Below, in pieces: positions 50,927 through 63,963 of a DNA stretch of 64,000 bases. This DNA comes from Raillietiella orientalis. Taxonomy: Eukaryota. The notes beneath the pieces are model-generated. The model had not been told where the DNA came from and searched no databases. It was given only the letters and a program-made list of their open reading frames with translations. The position numbers were made by a program, and so were the translations under genes. The stretch spans positions 1,488,001 to 1,552,000 of the forward strand of contig JAYWIR010000043.1 in the NCBI GenBank assembly GCA_036172245.1. Reading direction: 5' to 3'. The first letter of the stretch is position 1. The number at the start of each line of letters is the position of its first letter.

Positions 50927-51690
50927 GCGCTGGAGGCCGTGTGGGTGCAGTCTCTCCGCGCGTGGCACATCAAGCGTTGCGGGTTCGAATCCTCCCGGAA
51001 ACGACCGACGTCCTGGTATGCCTGCGTCGTTGGTTCCGATTTGCCTAGCAGGATGACGCTGGGTAACCTCGGGTGGCTTCTGGTGCGGCACTGGCGGCAG
51101 TCAGAAACCACCAGATGACCCCGATGAGCGACCGGGATTGGATGCTGATGACCCTACGGGTTTCTTCCAGGAATCAAGGAGCCGGTCTCCCTCCGGGGTC
51201 CCCCTCCGGTCTTGTGATGAGGGACCCTCCATCGCTTACCATGGAGCTAGTGGTGGATCGATGCCTCTCCAGAGTGTGATGTCAGCTGCTCCCTTCGGGG
51301 AGCGACCCCTTCAGAGAAATTGGGAAGCGTCCCTTCGGGGTTCTCCTCAGAGTGGTAACAAAGAGCGGTTTCATTGCGGGTTCCCTTGGGAGAAGAAATT
51401 CCAGGAACGGATCCTTTTGGAGTTACCTTAAGAAAAGAAACGAGGACTGGCCCCCTCCGGCGGTCCCTCCGGAGAGAATAAGGAAAAAGTTCTCTTTGAG
51501 GTTCCCTCTCCAGTACAAGAGGAAAGGAGTTCTTCCTGTGGAGCCCGCCTGGATTTATAGGTTGGTCCCTTCCCGGGTATCTCCCATCTTGAAGAGATAA
51601 CACGCACCCTCGAGTGAAGTGGATAGTGTTAAAGATCTCTAGGAGAACTGTTCTTGAGGGCTTAACTGACCAGAAAAAAGAAAACTCTCC
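50927..51690 (+). mobile_element. tRNA-derived SINE-like element, copy 4 (3'-truncated)
   Basis: Head GCGCTGGAGGCCGTGTGG, B box GGTTCGAATCC at 50982-50992, UUCG hairpin at ~51288-51303. The 5' ~400 bp are nearly identical to copy 3. Confidence 0.85.
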
Positions 51691-53812
51691 GTGTTGATGC
51701 TTCGGGAAGAAGCGGGAAGACGACGAGACACACAAGTGAAGCTCAGCGAGAAAAGCAACCCACGAAGTGACACTCGGGCTGACTCTTTGATCCGCGAAGC
51801 CCGCAGCCCGGAGGATCGGGGTGCGAGCCCGATCCGTGGAGCGAAGTCATTGGAACCTCGACTTCCATGCCTGTTTGAAAGATCTACAATTGCAATTGAA
51901 ATACAAAGGTGAGATCTTCCTTAGCTTCCGCCGTTTCCTCGACCTGCCCGTATTGGTCATTGCTTCCTTGTTTTTAATCCGATAGCGCTGAGATGTTTAC
52001 TTGGATGCAAACATTATGTTTATACGTTTATAAACATATAAATACATAACATATTTGAATATATAGACATTCAAAAAATAGGGCCATGAAAAAGTCGGCG
52101 TCATACAAAATAGGAGACGTGAAAAAAGTAAAAAAGTCCTGTAAAAAAGGAAGGAGAGGCCACCAGGTGCGGACCTGATGGCAGCGCATCTCAGACAAGG
52201 GGAGCGAGAAGAAGGTTGGCCGGGCGACTGTTCCGCGTCTTTTTTACAGCCTGCTTGCAATGCGGGCGGCTCCCTTCTTGATTTTCCAGTCGGAGGCGAG
52301 CCACTCTGCTGTCCTCATTACCATGGTGGACGGATGGGGCAGATGCTGCCGCTGCTCTACTGCGTGACGGTTCTCTCCTGCTGCCGGGATGCAGAGCAGT
52401 ATAGCCGGAGGTACGGCGATGCTGCGTCCTTGCGGAGCGAGCAGTCCGCAGCAGAAGGACCCGAGAGGAGTCTTCCGCCTGCAGGAGGGCTGCTGCAGGC
52501 GGAGGACCCCTTCCGACCCACTTCCGTCGACTGCGGAGGAATTGGCAGGTGAGGGAACGATTTAATCTTTCCGCAGCTGAAACCATTCAAAGATCTGTTT
52601 CGTCCAGTGATGCCGTCATCGGTTGCACGGGAAACCCAGATGCGGGAAGATTAGCTCTTCGTGTTGCCACCAGAGGAGAAGTGAACCGTCCAGGAAGACC
52701 ACTAGTTCAATCAAGAGATGAAGAAATTGTTTGCCCACCAGTGCAGCCCTTGGGAGAGAACACTTGGTTTTGCGGAGTCTGAAGGTCCTCGAGCCATTCC
52801 GCCGCTCATCGATTTACTAACTCCTGGTATACAGCAGAAGACCTTCCGTCAGCCGGTTGGCTACTGTCCCCGCGCACCCACAGAGAGAGCACTGCAACTG
52901 CTAGGAGATGACCGTGGCGCGTGCTCACATCTTGGGACTCTATGGCATTTCCTGAAAGGGCACCGTTCCATGACCGTGTATAGAACAGAACAGTACTGGA
53001 CTGATCTCAGAGACCTATGCCCATGCATGCCGAATCACTTGTCGTCACGCAATGTAATTCATTGGTGGGCGGTAGGCAGGAGATCCATGTGCTCTTCAGC
53101 AGCAGAAAGACCAAGTCCTTCAACCTGTTGACGTCTCGGGGAAGGAGATGTCCACATAGCCGACTGTGAGCCGCAGAATGTTCATGAGGAGGGATACCAG
53201 TGTTGGCTCCACTGACAGACCATCAGCGACAGTCAGCAAAAGCTGACCTGCATTTCCTGTTTTTCCAGAGTGAGCAAGACGAGTCCGGCACCGCTATAGG
53301 GAGCCAGTAGCTCTTTTTGAACACATAGGGAATGGCACCCTGCAGGACATTGCAAAAAATTTCTTCTGTTTCTGTTTGTCTTGTAGGATGACAAACAAAC
53401 AAACCGCTTTCGCCCTCTCTTTCTTGTTTCAGTTTCTTGAGAAACAAGAAAGAGACCGCAAGACTTCCTAAAGAGCAGCACCTTCCGACAAGAGAAACTT
53501 GTCTCCGAGAAACGCTCCCAGAGCACTTCCCTCTTTTCAAAACCAGTCAGACCACCTTTTGCAGCGTAGAACCTCGCTCACGCACCAGGTGCTATCCATG
53601 GAAATCCAAGAGCCGATCCAATGTGGCAACCACTGGAACGACCATCTAGTATTTCTTGTTGACGCTCGTGCTCCTGACCTGGCGTATGACCACTAGAAAT
53701 TCCTCTAGTGATGATACCGAGATGGGCACGGGTAACAGAAGAAGGATGTCGTACTCTTACGCCGACACAGACGGTATGCAGGGGTCCGAGCACCGCACAG
53801 TCACTCGGCTTT

Positions 53813-55588
53813 ATCGAAATTCATCCGGCGATAACTCGAAGAAAGAGCAGAAGAGTAACGGAGGTCTGCTGCAAGGAACGCTCGTGGCAGGCAACTTGCA
53901 TCGTGCGCTCATGTCGCTCCTCCTTTGCCCCGCGGCCACGCCGCTGCTCATGCAGCCCCAGGTCATCCACGACTTCGCGGAGCCCTTCCTCCCTGGGGAT
54001 TCCCAAATTGCAACGAGCGGCGTCTCCTTAGGGTTCGCATCCCCGAACTGTGCCAGGGGCGGGTCGGCGGAGTGCATCCCGCCGAAGCTGCTTTTGCGCT
54101 CCGGTGCCATCCAGGGTCCGTGGCGGAGGTGAGCGTCAGCGCGTCCTCACCAGGAGGACACTGCTGCGAAGGCTCTTCGCCCGCAGGGCTTTTCGACGGG
54201 GTGCGGTGATTCCACACCCGGGTCATCCGGGACGTTTGATCCTTTAGCAGGGGTCGATGGGGACAAAAGGCTCGCTGATTCGAATTATTACATTAGGAAA
54301 AAGAGGGGGATCCGGCGAGGTCCATCATGCCCACGAAGGGGAGGCGGGATGAAGAAAAAATAGGGAAAAAAAGGAAACAAACTACAGCAAAAAGTAGAAA
54401 CTGACAAGAAGATCAGCTGGGGGAAGGGAAGGGATCACATTTCGTGGTGGGTGAGCCCTCTGAATCACTTGAAGGATGCCTGAGAGCTCGTCCTTCTCCC
54501 TTTCCAGGTGGTGCCATCCCAAAGCTACCTGCAGGAAGCGATGGCGTGCGGGACAGCCCCCCCCCGTCGCTTCGTCCTCCCACGGCGTCGCACTTCGCCG
54601 CGACGACACCGCATACTCAGCATAGCGCTGCGATCGCGCCTGCGGGTGTCATGGCGTCCCGCGCGAAGAGGGGCCTCGAAGGTCTCTGGGATCGTCTGCG
54701 GGTTGAGGAAGGGACACGGAGAAGCGTTCCCACAAGTCCCCGAGGGCGATGCAGTGCACTATGAGGTGGGGGAAAGTCATCTTCTCTCCACACCTGGCAC
54801 AGTTCGGCGATGCGCTTCCTCTCGTCCAGTGGTGCCGGCGCGCATTGCACGGAAGAGACCCCAGTGCAGCACCAGCAGCGCCTATTTCTGCCACTTGAGG
54901 GGAAGCAGCTTACAGTCCATAAACAAAGGGGATAATTCCAACTCTTCAGGCCGAATGGAAAAGAGCTCGCCCCAACGTTCCAGTCCTTTGGAGGCGGTTC
55001 TTGCTGTTGCTGCGGCAGCCAGCTCACGCGGTGTCCGATGGGTTTCCTGCGGGACGAGATCTCGCAGGAAACCTCCCACCTAGCCGGTAGGCAGGTGCCA
55101 GGTACCTCACGGGGTGCGATGATGGCAACCGTTGGCTGCCGTCACGGCCCACCATGTGCTAGGGACGACGACGCAGCGAAGGGAAGTCCCCGGGATGACA
55201 ATCGCCTAGAAGAGGACGGCGGCGAGAAGAAGTCTTCACCTGCAAGAAGAAGTCAAGGTGGAGATCGCCGGCATCCAGAGCCGGTTGTGAAGTGAAGGGA
55301 CGGCGGACATCAGTGTTGTTGTTCCCAGCCTCCCTGTATTTGTTTGCTTGTTTCGCTGCGTACCTTTCCCGGTTTTTATGCTTTCATCTCTGTGTACGCG
55401 GAGCAGAGCCAAAGACGCTTGCTCCATCCCTCCCGCATTTCCTCACCTTTTTCGTTCTTCCTCCTCTCCTTCTCGTCCCGGACATTCGGATATCCCGACC
55501 TGCGTGTCGGCGGACCGTCTCCCTGAACTTCTCCCGCCTTTGGTTGAGAACCAGAGCGTTTCCTACTGGTATGCTTTTATTAAATAAA
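53813..55588 (+). repeat. Repeat B copy 2 (nested insert 54211-55108 on minus strand)
   Basis: Reverse complement of 33965-35738 apart from a few substitutions, one 3-bp and one 1-bp indel. TSD ACGGGGTGCG(G/A)TGAT at 54196-54210 and 55109-55123. Confidence 0.95.
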
Positions 55589-56299
55589 AGCCTCTGATTT
55601 GCTGGGTGAAATACTTCGCGTGGCAGTTGCTTCCGGAGGGCACTTTAGAGTCAAGCGAGCGGTAACGTGCACGCTTCGGCAAGCAGTTTTCGATAATAGG
55701 GATTGCTATCTCCATCGAAAGCCTGAAAAAAAAAAAGGCATTAGGGAAAGGCGGTCTCCCTGAGGAGTTTCTTTAACCAATGCTTTGAGGCAAAACTGTG
55801 CCCCTTAATGCACAAATTGATCATGCTAATTTGGGAAAGCGTCAAGGTGCTTGCTTCTCTCTGGGTAGCTCAAGTTCCTTCTTCTGCAGAAAGCAGGGTA
55901 CAGAGGCAGCTTGAGCAGATAACGTCCTATCACCCTTGTGAATTGGGGCTTTGCTCTCCAAACCGTGTGCCATGTGCTTGGGACAGTTGCTATTCCAGAT
56001 TACTGGATTCCCTCGGTTACTCAGGGGCGATAATTTTTCCAAAAGTAAGAAAAATAAGCAGCAGGCAGTGTGGATCAGTGAATCCATTGGTCTCCGGAAA
56101 TTTCAGGGAGAGAAGAAAAAAAACAGAAAAAAAACAACCGACTCGCAGGCCGGTTACACGGAAGGGCGGGGAGGGGAGAGGGAATTAATAGATCTGCGGG
56201 CGCAACGGAAGGGACAATAAATAGGGGAAGCAAAGAGATGACCGGTCACACCTGCCGCGTCTTTTGCAACCTACATGCGATGCATCTTGCGTGGTGGTG

Positions 56300-56800
56300 G
56301 CGTCTTCCTTAGTTCGGGCAGCATTCAAAGGCCATCTTGCCACAGTCCTCATTAGCAGGAGATGAGGCGTGTGGTCTTCCTTCCTTGCTGGTGCGCCTCC
56401 TGCGTGTTACGCAGTCCTCTTGACGCAATAGCAGATTGCGGTCGGGAAGCAGGCGAATGCCCGTCCCCCCGAAGCAGCACGGGATGGGGTCGAAGTGGGC
56501 GGCGGCCACGGGACGCTTCCGCATGCTCCGAGGTTCACCGCATTTCAGCAGTAGGCGCGTCCAGCCGCCCTCTGGCTGCTCAGTCCGGGGGAGACGCCGC
56601 TGGAAGCCCGGTGCGCGAGCAGCGACGCCTGCTGTTGCCTTTGCCATATGTGGGACGGCACAAAGCTGTCCAGACGGAGTGGAGGGATGACCATCTCCGA
56701 CGGCGGAAATGTCCAGGTACTCTGCCCCAACGGAGCAGTCCTTGAGCGCAGGCACCGGGTGCCATCTGGCCCGCCTTCCAATGGCCCGCCAGTTGCGTCA
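56300..56800 (-). mobile_element. Decayed LINE endonuclease C-terminal fragment
   Basis: STWTFPPSEMVIPPLRLDSFVPSH (~YTW.......SRLD.F.VS). Confidence 0.45.
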
Positions 56801-57099
56801 TTCTTGCTACTGAGCACGAGATCACCGACTCGCCCGGTTGGCGACTCTTGCTTCTCTCCAGTAGAGAGAACAGCTCTGCAACAAGGGATGCGGCAGCGGC
56901 TAGAACCTACTTCTTCTGATCTTTTTCCACTTTTTCCAAGTAGACTGCTCCCAGGTTGTGGATGAGAGATATCAAAGTTTTGTCGATGAGTATGAAACAG
57001 GTGTCCAGTGCTTCCTCCCTGGAAGCGTTATAGTTAGCGGAGTAGCAGGAGACCCACGGTTGTCATTCCCACAAGGCAGCGATCTGCCTCAGTGGGAGC

Positions 57100-60000
57100 C
57101 CAAGCAATTTCTTGTGGTCTCGGCTGCGTGGTAGCAACGACTCTATGTCCTCGCAACCGATCGCGCGCATAAGGATTTCGATAGCAGACAGGCACCAATG
57201 CCGTATTCAGTTCTGGACCATCCTAAACTGGACCTGTAGCTCCATCTTCAGGATTCCGAGTCCTACATTCCTTCGTGGTGCAACGAGGTTTTTGAGAACC
57301 TTCGGCCTCGCGGAGCTCTCCATGATCTTTCCGCAGGAGGCCATCCGTCTTGCGTTTCGTTCCGTATGGCTAAGAAGAAACAAAGAAGGAAGTCGGAAAG
57401 GGGATTCAATGAAGTCAAAGACGTTTCAGATGGAGGTCCAACCTCACCAGAAAAACTTGGAATGATGTCAGCACCCTTTCTGCCTTTCAGAGGTAACCGG
57501 ACCGAACCTCCGCTTCACAAAAGTTTCCTTAGAGCACACCAAGGTATCTCACGGTGCAGCCCAGGGGCATCTCCAAGCCTGTTTTCCCAGTATGCACCGG
57601 CAATAGCGACTTTCGATTTCATCCTGCTGACTAGCATACCCGCTTTCCCGGGCAGGCATCTCGAAGAATTCCTCGAGCGACGCACGAATGGAGATGCACT
57701 AGAGGGGCAGGAGAATGAGGTCGTCGGTGTGTGCCAACGCGACCAGCGTACAGATACGGGAAGGGCAGCAGGGAAGGCAAAATTTCCTGCATGCTTCCAG
57801 CGGCAACTGGAAGGAGATGCGAAACAGCATGGAGCTCCAGCTGTCGCGACGCTTGATCCTTCTCAGCACCGCACTTCATAGACACGTCGAACGCTGAAAG
57901 AGAGAATCGCATCACTCCAAAGCAAGCGCAGGCAGAGGAGTAGAGTTTGTAAAAGGCCTGAGTGTTTCAGGAGCTCCAGATAGAGTCCCTGGTTCACGCA
58001 GCCTTTTTTTTTTTATTTTTTAAAAGGCCAGTAGCGAACCCCACGAGGAGATCGTTACTGTTGGTCTAGGACGATGGAAATCCTTGGGTTCTTCTTTTTT
58101 CTTCTGTATACTGTTTTTCTTTCAGCTTTTTTTTTTAAGAGTTTTTTTTTTTTTGGCTCGCTAAGTACCTCAGAGACGGTCGCGTGCCTCGCGGCGCACG
58201 AGGCTCTTTTTAAACATTAAACACACTGTTTTGTTTCCACGCCTCTCCGCCCGCGGCAACCCGCAGGAGGGCGTGTAATTCTTCAGTGTAATTCTTCAGG
58301 ATAGGGGGCACTCCGGGATGGAGGTCCACCCTATGAAACCAGGAAGGGCTCGGAGTCCGTTCCTCTCACGCTTGGGGAGGGATCCACCCCGGACGGGAGG
58401 GATCGCACCTCCAGCCCTGGTTGTCTGGAACCCCGCAGGAAATCTCCTTCCTCATTCTCTCCGGAGGGATATCCCCTGGGAGGGGGGTGGTCCTCTCCAT
58501 TTGAACTTCTCCGAAGGGAACCCGCGAGGGAACCGCTCCTGTTCACTCCTCTGAAGAGAACCCCGAAGGGACGCTTCCGAAACTCAGAAGGGGCGCTGCA
58601 GCTTTCCGCAATGAATCGCTCTCTCTCTTCCACTCTGTGAAGAGGCGACGACTCGCAGGGTCCCCCCCGCAACAGGGGGGTCCGCTCCTATGAACAACTG
58701 GAGAGGTGCCCGTGAGGGCCCCTGCTCCATCTTGAAACCGGAGGGGTACCCCGGTGGGGGGAGGGGTCCGCTCTCCGTTGCACGACAGGAGGGGGAACTC
58801 CCCACTCCTTTATTCCTGGGAGGACCCGAAGTCGACTCCCATTGTACCGGCCTTCATCGGGGGGGCCTCCGGCTTTATCTACCGCCGGGACCACGCCCGA
58901 ATGATTAGGCCAACCAGCGCCATTGCAGGAGAAACTCCGACGCAGTGGCGTCAGAGTTTCTGCCGAAGTATTGGAACCCTCGACGCATGGTGCCACACGA
59001 GGAAGCCTTAACCACAAGCCTCCGACGCGAGCAACATCGATTTTCGACATCGACTGCGATCGTCAAGGCTCCAGGCGTTTGCCTCGCTTTCTGGCCTGCT
59101 GTCCGAATGCCTTTCTGGACTCTTCTAGCCTTGGCACACTCGATGACGACCCTCGTCTGCAATCGAAACGAAGTCTGCGCAAGGAACAAGTGGTTCTGCA
59201 TGCTCCTGCAAGGAACAGCATCGGGCTGCTTCGGGCTGATGACGTAGCATGCGATCTGCCCTAGGTGCAAGGTCTGCATTTCCAAAAGCAGCTTGACGTC
59301 CAAGTTCACCAGGGTGACCGGAAGCCAATTGCTCATGATGCGTGTGCTTCTTCCTTTCTGGAGGAGAGGGACTCGTGCTGATCGGGAGGAGGCTGGCACT
59401 CCGCCCCTCTTCCCGAGTCAGCATCGCAGGCTTGCACATTAGGGGGGACCCATTCTGCAGCGAAAATTTGGAAAAAATTCGCCGGCAGTCCATCCTCCCG
59501 TGGTGCTTTACGCTCTTTTATCTTCCCGGTAGCGTGGGCGATCTCAGCCATCGAAAAGGGTTGGTCCGAGCGTGCGTGCTCCTCCTCGGTTAGCTCCGAG
59601 GAGAGCGACCGCTCCGCAAAGTCGCTCTCGACCGGTGCCTTCGCGTGCAGCGAGGAGTAAAAGTCGCAGACGACTTCCTTCACCTCTTCGGGAGCCGTAC
59701 GTTCCAGGTCTGTCTCGCCCAGCACACGTGGTGCCCCGGATTGCCAGCCTTCCCGTTCGGTCAGCCTGAGCACATCCGGGAGTCAGGAGTGGGTTGGCGC
59801 CTGCAGAAAAGCACGTTTGTCCCCAGCGTCCCCCTAGAGCCTTTGGGTGGAAGCTGTGGTGAATATCGGAATCAAACCGCCGGACCGGGTCCTTGAAGTG
59901 ATCCTAGTCTCCCAGATTGGTGGCTGCAAAGCCACGAAGGAAAGCATCGAGTTGCTACGTGACTTCCGAATGACGGGGCCAATGTCGAAGTGGCCTCCAC

Positions 60001-60690
60001 GCATTCCTCGGGGGACCTTTCCCGAGAGAATGAAGCTCCAGCTCGATCCTGGAGTGGTCTGATAGACAAGATCTCACTCTGTTCCTTCCGTCCACTCGCG
60101 AACGCGGGTGGTCGTCGAGGTGGACGTGGTCGACCGAGTCGTGCATTCCAGGCTCGTCGGTGAGCAGGTTGGCCGTCGACGCGCACAGCTCGTCCACCTG
60201 CCTTTGAGGACTTATTTAATGGTTGTTTTGAAACGAAAGTTTCCCTTCTACCAGCTGTCCCACTCTGGAACCCGTGTCGCTTAGCCATCGGCTCACCAGC
60301 GCACCAAGAATAGAGTTCTCCCGATGTGCGCGTTGTGACCACATGGCGCGCATGCGTTCGTCACGACGAGGTCGATCGCATCGCACCACTTGTGCGGAGG
60401 TCGACTTGACCGAGGTCGTCGGAGCGGACGCCTCACACGGCATTCGCGAGTTGCGCGTGCGCGGGAGGTGCGACTTCACGCATGTGCGAGGAGCCACCAC
60501 GCCGGTGCAGCTCACCCTGTGCGAGCGTCTCGATGCCCACGCCTCCTCCGAGAAAGTCACATGGCTGGCAAAGATGGGGCCAATCGCCTGAAGAAGGTTT
60601 TGCTGTCGTTGATTTCCGTAACGTGGACATACGCCGTGCGTGGGAGTGAAGTGCGCCCCGGCCACCATCGTATACAGCCTGTGCGTTGGT
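57100..60690 (-). mobile_element. Degenerate long L1/Tx1-like LINE (ORF1, EN, RT), split by SINE copy 5
   Basis: Knuckle CAPCGHNAHIG (~60320-60352); GGHFDIG; EEVKEVVCDFYSSLH..QPFSMAEI..KAPREDGLPANFF; SNWLPVTLVNLDVKLL..ISPKQ; IAVDVEN | RVNQ; RRIKRRDSWSSMLF; LAHTDDLILL; VRYLGV; LPLKGR. Confidence 0.88.
58004..59028 (-). mobile_element. tRNA-derived SINE-like element, copy 5 (full length, diverged)
   Basis: Head GCGTCGGAGGCTTGTGG at 59028; B-box relic GGGTTCCAAT (~58970-58979); internal repeats; tail hairpin 58029-58060; A-rich end at ~58004-58021. Confidence 0.78.
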
Positions 60691-62100
60691 GACAACCTGG
60701 CGACGATCTTCGCAGACATGGAAACATCATTCAACACTGTGGATCAAGGGATGCTGCTACGAATCTCAAAGGAGATTAACTTCCCACAGTATTTCCTGGA
60801 GTACATGCAAATGACCCTCAAAATTCGAATAAGGGAAAGCAAGACGGTGCTATTCGAGCAGAAAGAGGAATCCGTCAAGGAGACTTCCTCAGTCCGATGC
60901 TGTTCGTAATCTACATGGAAGTTGGCGATCGTTGACTAAAGGATCCTCCTATAAGGATTGACAGTCAGAAACGACAATCCTAGCATGTGAGGACGACCTT
61001 CTTTATAAAAGACGAGAAGGATCAGCATGCATTTCTGGAAGAGGTCAAATCAACAAAAGAAGGATTGGACCTGGAAATCAACTCCCAAAAATCCCAACTG
61101 CTGCTTATCTTTCCCCATTAAAGGAGAAAGGCTTCCCAGTGGTATATGAAGTCAAGTACCTGGAAATCCGCATCGGGGAAGCCTCGGCCTTGAAAGGGTT
61201 GTAGACGGAAATCTTGGGGAAAGCCGGAGAAGAAGCAGCGAAGTACATCCTTGCGGAGTTCCGCATGAAGCAGAGGGCCAACTCGTGGCATGGTGTCGTC
61301 CTTTCCAAGGTGCTCTTCCGAGCAAACTTTTGTCAACGAGATAAGAAAAGGAGCATGGAAGCGGAGCAGTTTCAAAGGAAGATTCTCTAGAGAGAGCATA
61401 AGTTACGAATTCGGCCCACAAGAGGAAGGTGGGACCGTGATGAAGTCACTGGATCAAGTCATGAAGCGCATGGATCTCACCATGGATTGGAGAGAAGGTC
61501 CCTATGCGGTACATAGAACCTACGCGAAGTTGGCGAACAACTCGATTGGCCTTATCTCAGTATCACTAGGTAAACACAGAGAATGGGATAACATTGACCC
61601 CACATGAAAGAGAAAACAAGGAATGGTAACGACTTACCAATTCAAAGTCGTTCCAAGAAGTAAAGAAGTCTGTCAGTAAGAACTAGCAATGGTTATCTTG
61701 TATTTTATACCAGTCCCCCGGAAGACCTGGGAGTAGACACCCTAAAGACCAGGAATGCCCAACCGCGACTGCGATCAATTCTCCACAAGTGGTCACTGCC
61801 ACAACATTCGGCTGTATCGCTACGCTACAAAGATAAACGGGAGATTCACCTACAAGAATCGGGAACCCTGGAACTTCAAGCAAATCCTTGGTGCCTCATC
61901 AGTATAAGGAACGTCGAAAAAGTCATGAATACCTAAAAAAGATGACGCCCTCAAAAGAAACGCCAACCGCTTCCAGATCCGCAACATGAACCTGCTGGTG
62001 GTACAACAAACCATCTGGAGAAGCGACCTACCACCGGACACTCTGGATTATCTTTTATCCAACCAAGTGGCTCTCGACTATAAGATTGGACAAGTAATAG
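60691..62100 (+). mobile_element. 5'-truncated degenerate LINE of a different, more AT-rich family (RT to C-terminus)
   Basis: IFADMETSFNTVD, RGIRQGDFLSPMLFVIYME (~60864-60920), ILACEDDL, GLDLEINSQKSQLL, VKYLEI, GPQEEGGT. Confidence 0.85.
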
Positions 62101-63363
62101 GCAAAATGAACAACGGTCCCATTTGTAGATCGTGAAGATTCTACGCACAAATCTGAAACCCAAAGTGCTGCTGCAGAATTAATTCAATGCCAACACACGC
62201 GCTCCGCCGGAGTAGGAAATGCGAACTCCCACTGACCTCTTCAAAAGTGGTCAGCGCTGCATTCTTCAGGAGCACCGCTATTTTTCAAGCTTCAAACCGA
62301 AGGAGTCCTCAGTTTCCGAACTAGTACTTTGAATTCACTTGTTTCATTCGGTCCTCAGTGCTTCTAAGCAGCACGAGAAAGGAAGATTTATGCTTCAGAA
62401 AGATTGGAGAGAGAGGATATGGGAGACTGTCCCTGTAACTAGGCACCCTCGAAACGGTGGATCAAACTTGGGAGTCGTCTCTGAAAACCTCTCCTCTCCA
62501 CTCCTCGATCGGGACTGTCTCGTGCATCACTACTCGATATCCCAAATGGCTGCTTAGCAGTTATTCAACAGAACATACCTGTGAACTTGCCGCTGAACAG
62601 TTCTGCAGTGGTTTCACAGTTGCTAGGGCCTTTTGTCTTCTTATGCAGTGACCAATCTTCCAGGAAAATAAATCGAAAAGTGGAGGCAGCTTGTGTCCTA
62701 CTAATCGTCTCCGACCACCGTGTTCTAGCCGCGCAACTCTGTACTTCTTGTGCCTCCTCTCTCCGGCTTCCCCGCTGCCCATGAACAGCATCCTCCAACA
62801 GAACCCATGGTAAGAGAGGAACTGGATCCGGCATCACGGAAAATCTTGAGCATAATGTGAAGAGGAATGCATTCGTCAAAAACACACGTGCAACTGGGTA
62901 AAGAGACGTGGGAAAATACGGAGGTGATGGACCATTTGTGGCGAACCAAGACTATTCAGACAGTAAGAGAACTTGAGGAGAGGCAACGAGCGTTGATCAA
63001 GCTGCTGATCTCTCATTGAAGGTGATGGATGCTTCTCCTAGGAGACCCATTTTTTAGAATACGACTCGAAACCTGGAAGCTGGAGCGCAATGGGGAACCA
63101 AAAATGGTTGCCGTGATTCTCTATGAAGTGGGAATTTCTGTTCCATGACTCTAAAGTTTGGTACATGTTTCGTTGTTGGCAAATGTGCTGACCTGAGTCT
63201 TGAGTTCATCTTGTGACAACTCGCCTTTTGGAGACAGCGCCTTTTTTTTTTTTTTTAAAAAAAAAAAAAGACATCCAAACATAACGGGTGCTGTGCCAAA
63301 AAAAAAAACAGAGCGAACGTTTTCAGAAACTGCAGCTTCCAGGTCTCTTGAAAAATATGAAAC

Positions 63364-63963
63364 TTGAAGACACTCTGTCCGGATCTACGACACCACATGG
63401 GAAAAATCGTTTTTGAAAGAGACATAGAAGCTGTTTGCCTTTTCCTTGCAAGACAATTGTCTCGCAAGCATCCTCGATCCCGGCTCGGAACTCGTCCTAA
63501 GCCACGAAAGCTGCGAAAAGTGAGGAGCACACTTACTCCTTGTGCTCACTTGATCTTGAACACCATCCAAAGTAAAACCAGTGCACTTTCATACAATGGC
63601 ATGAAAGCTCTAAAGAAGATCTACCAACGACCAAAGAAAAACTTTTTGAAAGCCGAAAAAACTTTCGGGTTGCTCATAGCTGTTGAAAGCATTTGCAAAA
63701 ACTACTACGATATACCTATTGGTCATCGAATGCAGATGCCGAAGAATAGATGTCACTTTATAGGCAAAGCAACTGATGTAATTGGTAGATATTGGAGAGA
63801 CCACACGAAGAAGCTACGCCACATGAAATTATCCATACATCTGTTGACTCCGGCAGTCTCCGTTTCACTTCGTGGAGCATTTTACCATCTTGTGACCGTG
63901 AGAAAAGGTCATCATCATTCCGGTTTGTTGGTGACCACCTTCCGAGCGAATGATGGAATCTGA
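63364..63963 (+). CDS. Unassigned 199-codon open frame
   Basis: Long stop-free frame in relatively AT-rich, apparently non-repeat DNA; no recognisable motif. Confidence 0.2.
   Translation: MKTLCPDLRHHMGKIVFERDIEAVCLFLARQLSRKHPRSRLGTRPKPRKLRKVRSTLTPCAHLILNTIQSKTSALSYNGMKALKKIYQRPKKNFLKAEKTFGLLIAVESICKNYYDIPIGHRMQMPKNRCHFIGKATDVIGRYWRDHTKKLRHMKLSIHLLTPAVSVSLRGAFYHLVTVRKGHHHSGLLVTTFRANDGI

Noticed and set aside
33965..55588. Giant TIR transposon (Polinton/foldback) bounded by the 1.77-kb inverted repeats
   Set aside because: The arms are made of LINE fragments, there is no outer TSD or terminal motif, and no integrase, polB or transposase was seen between them.
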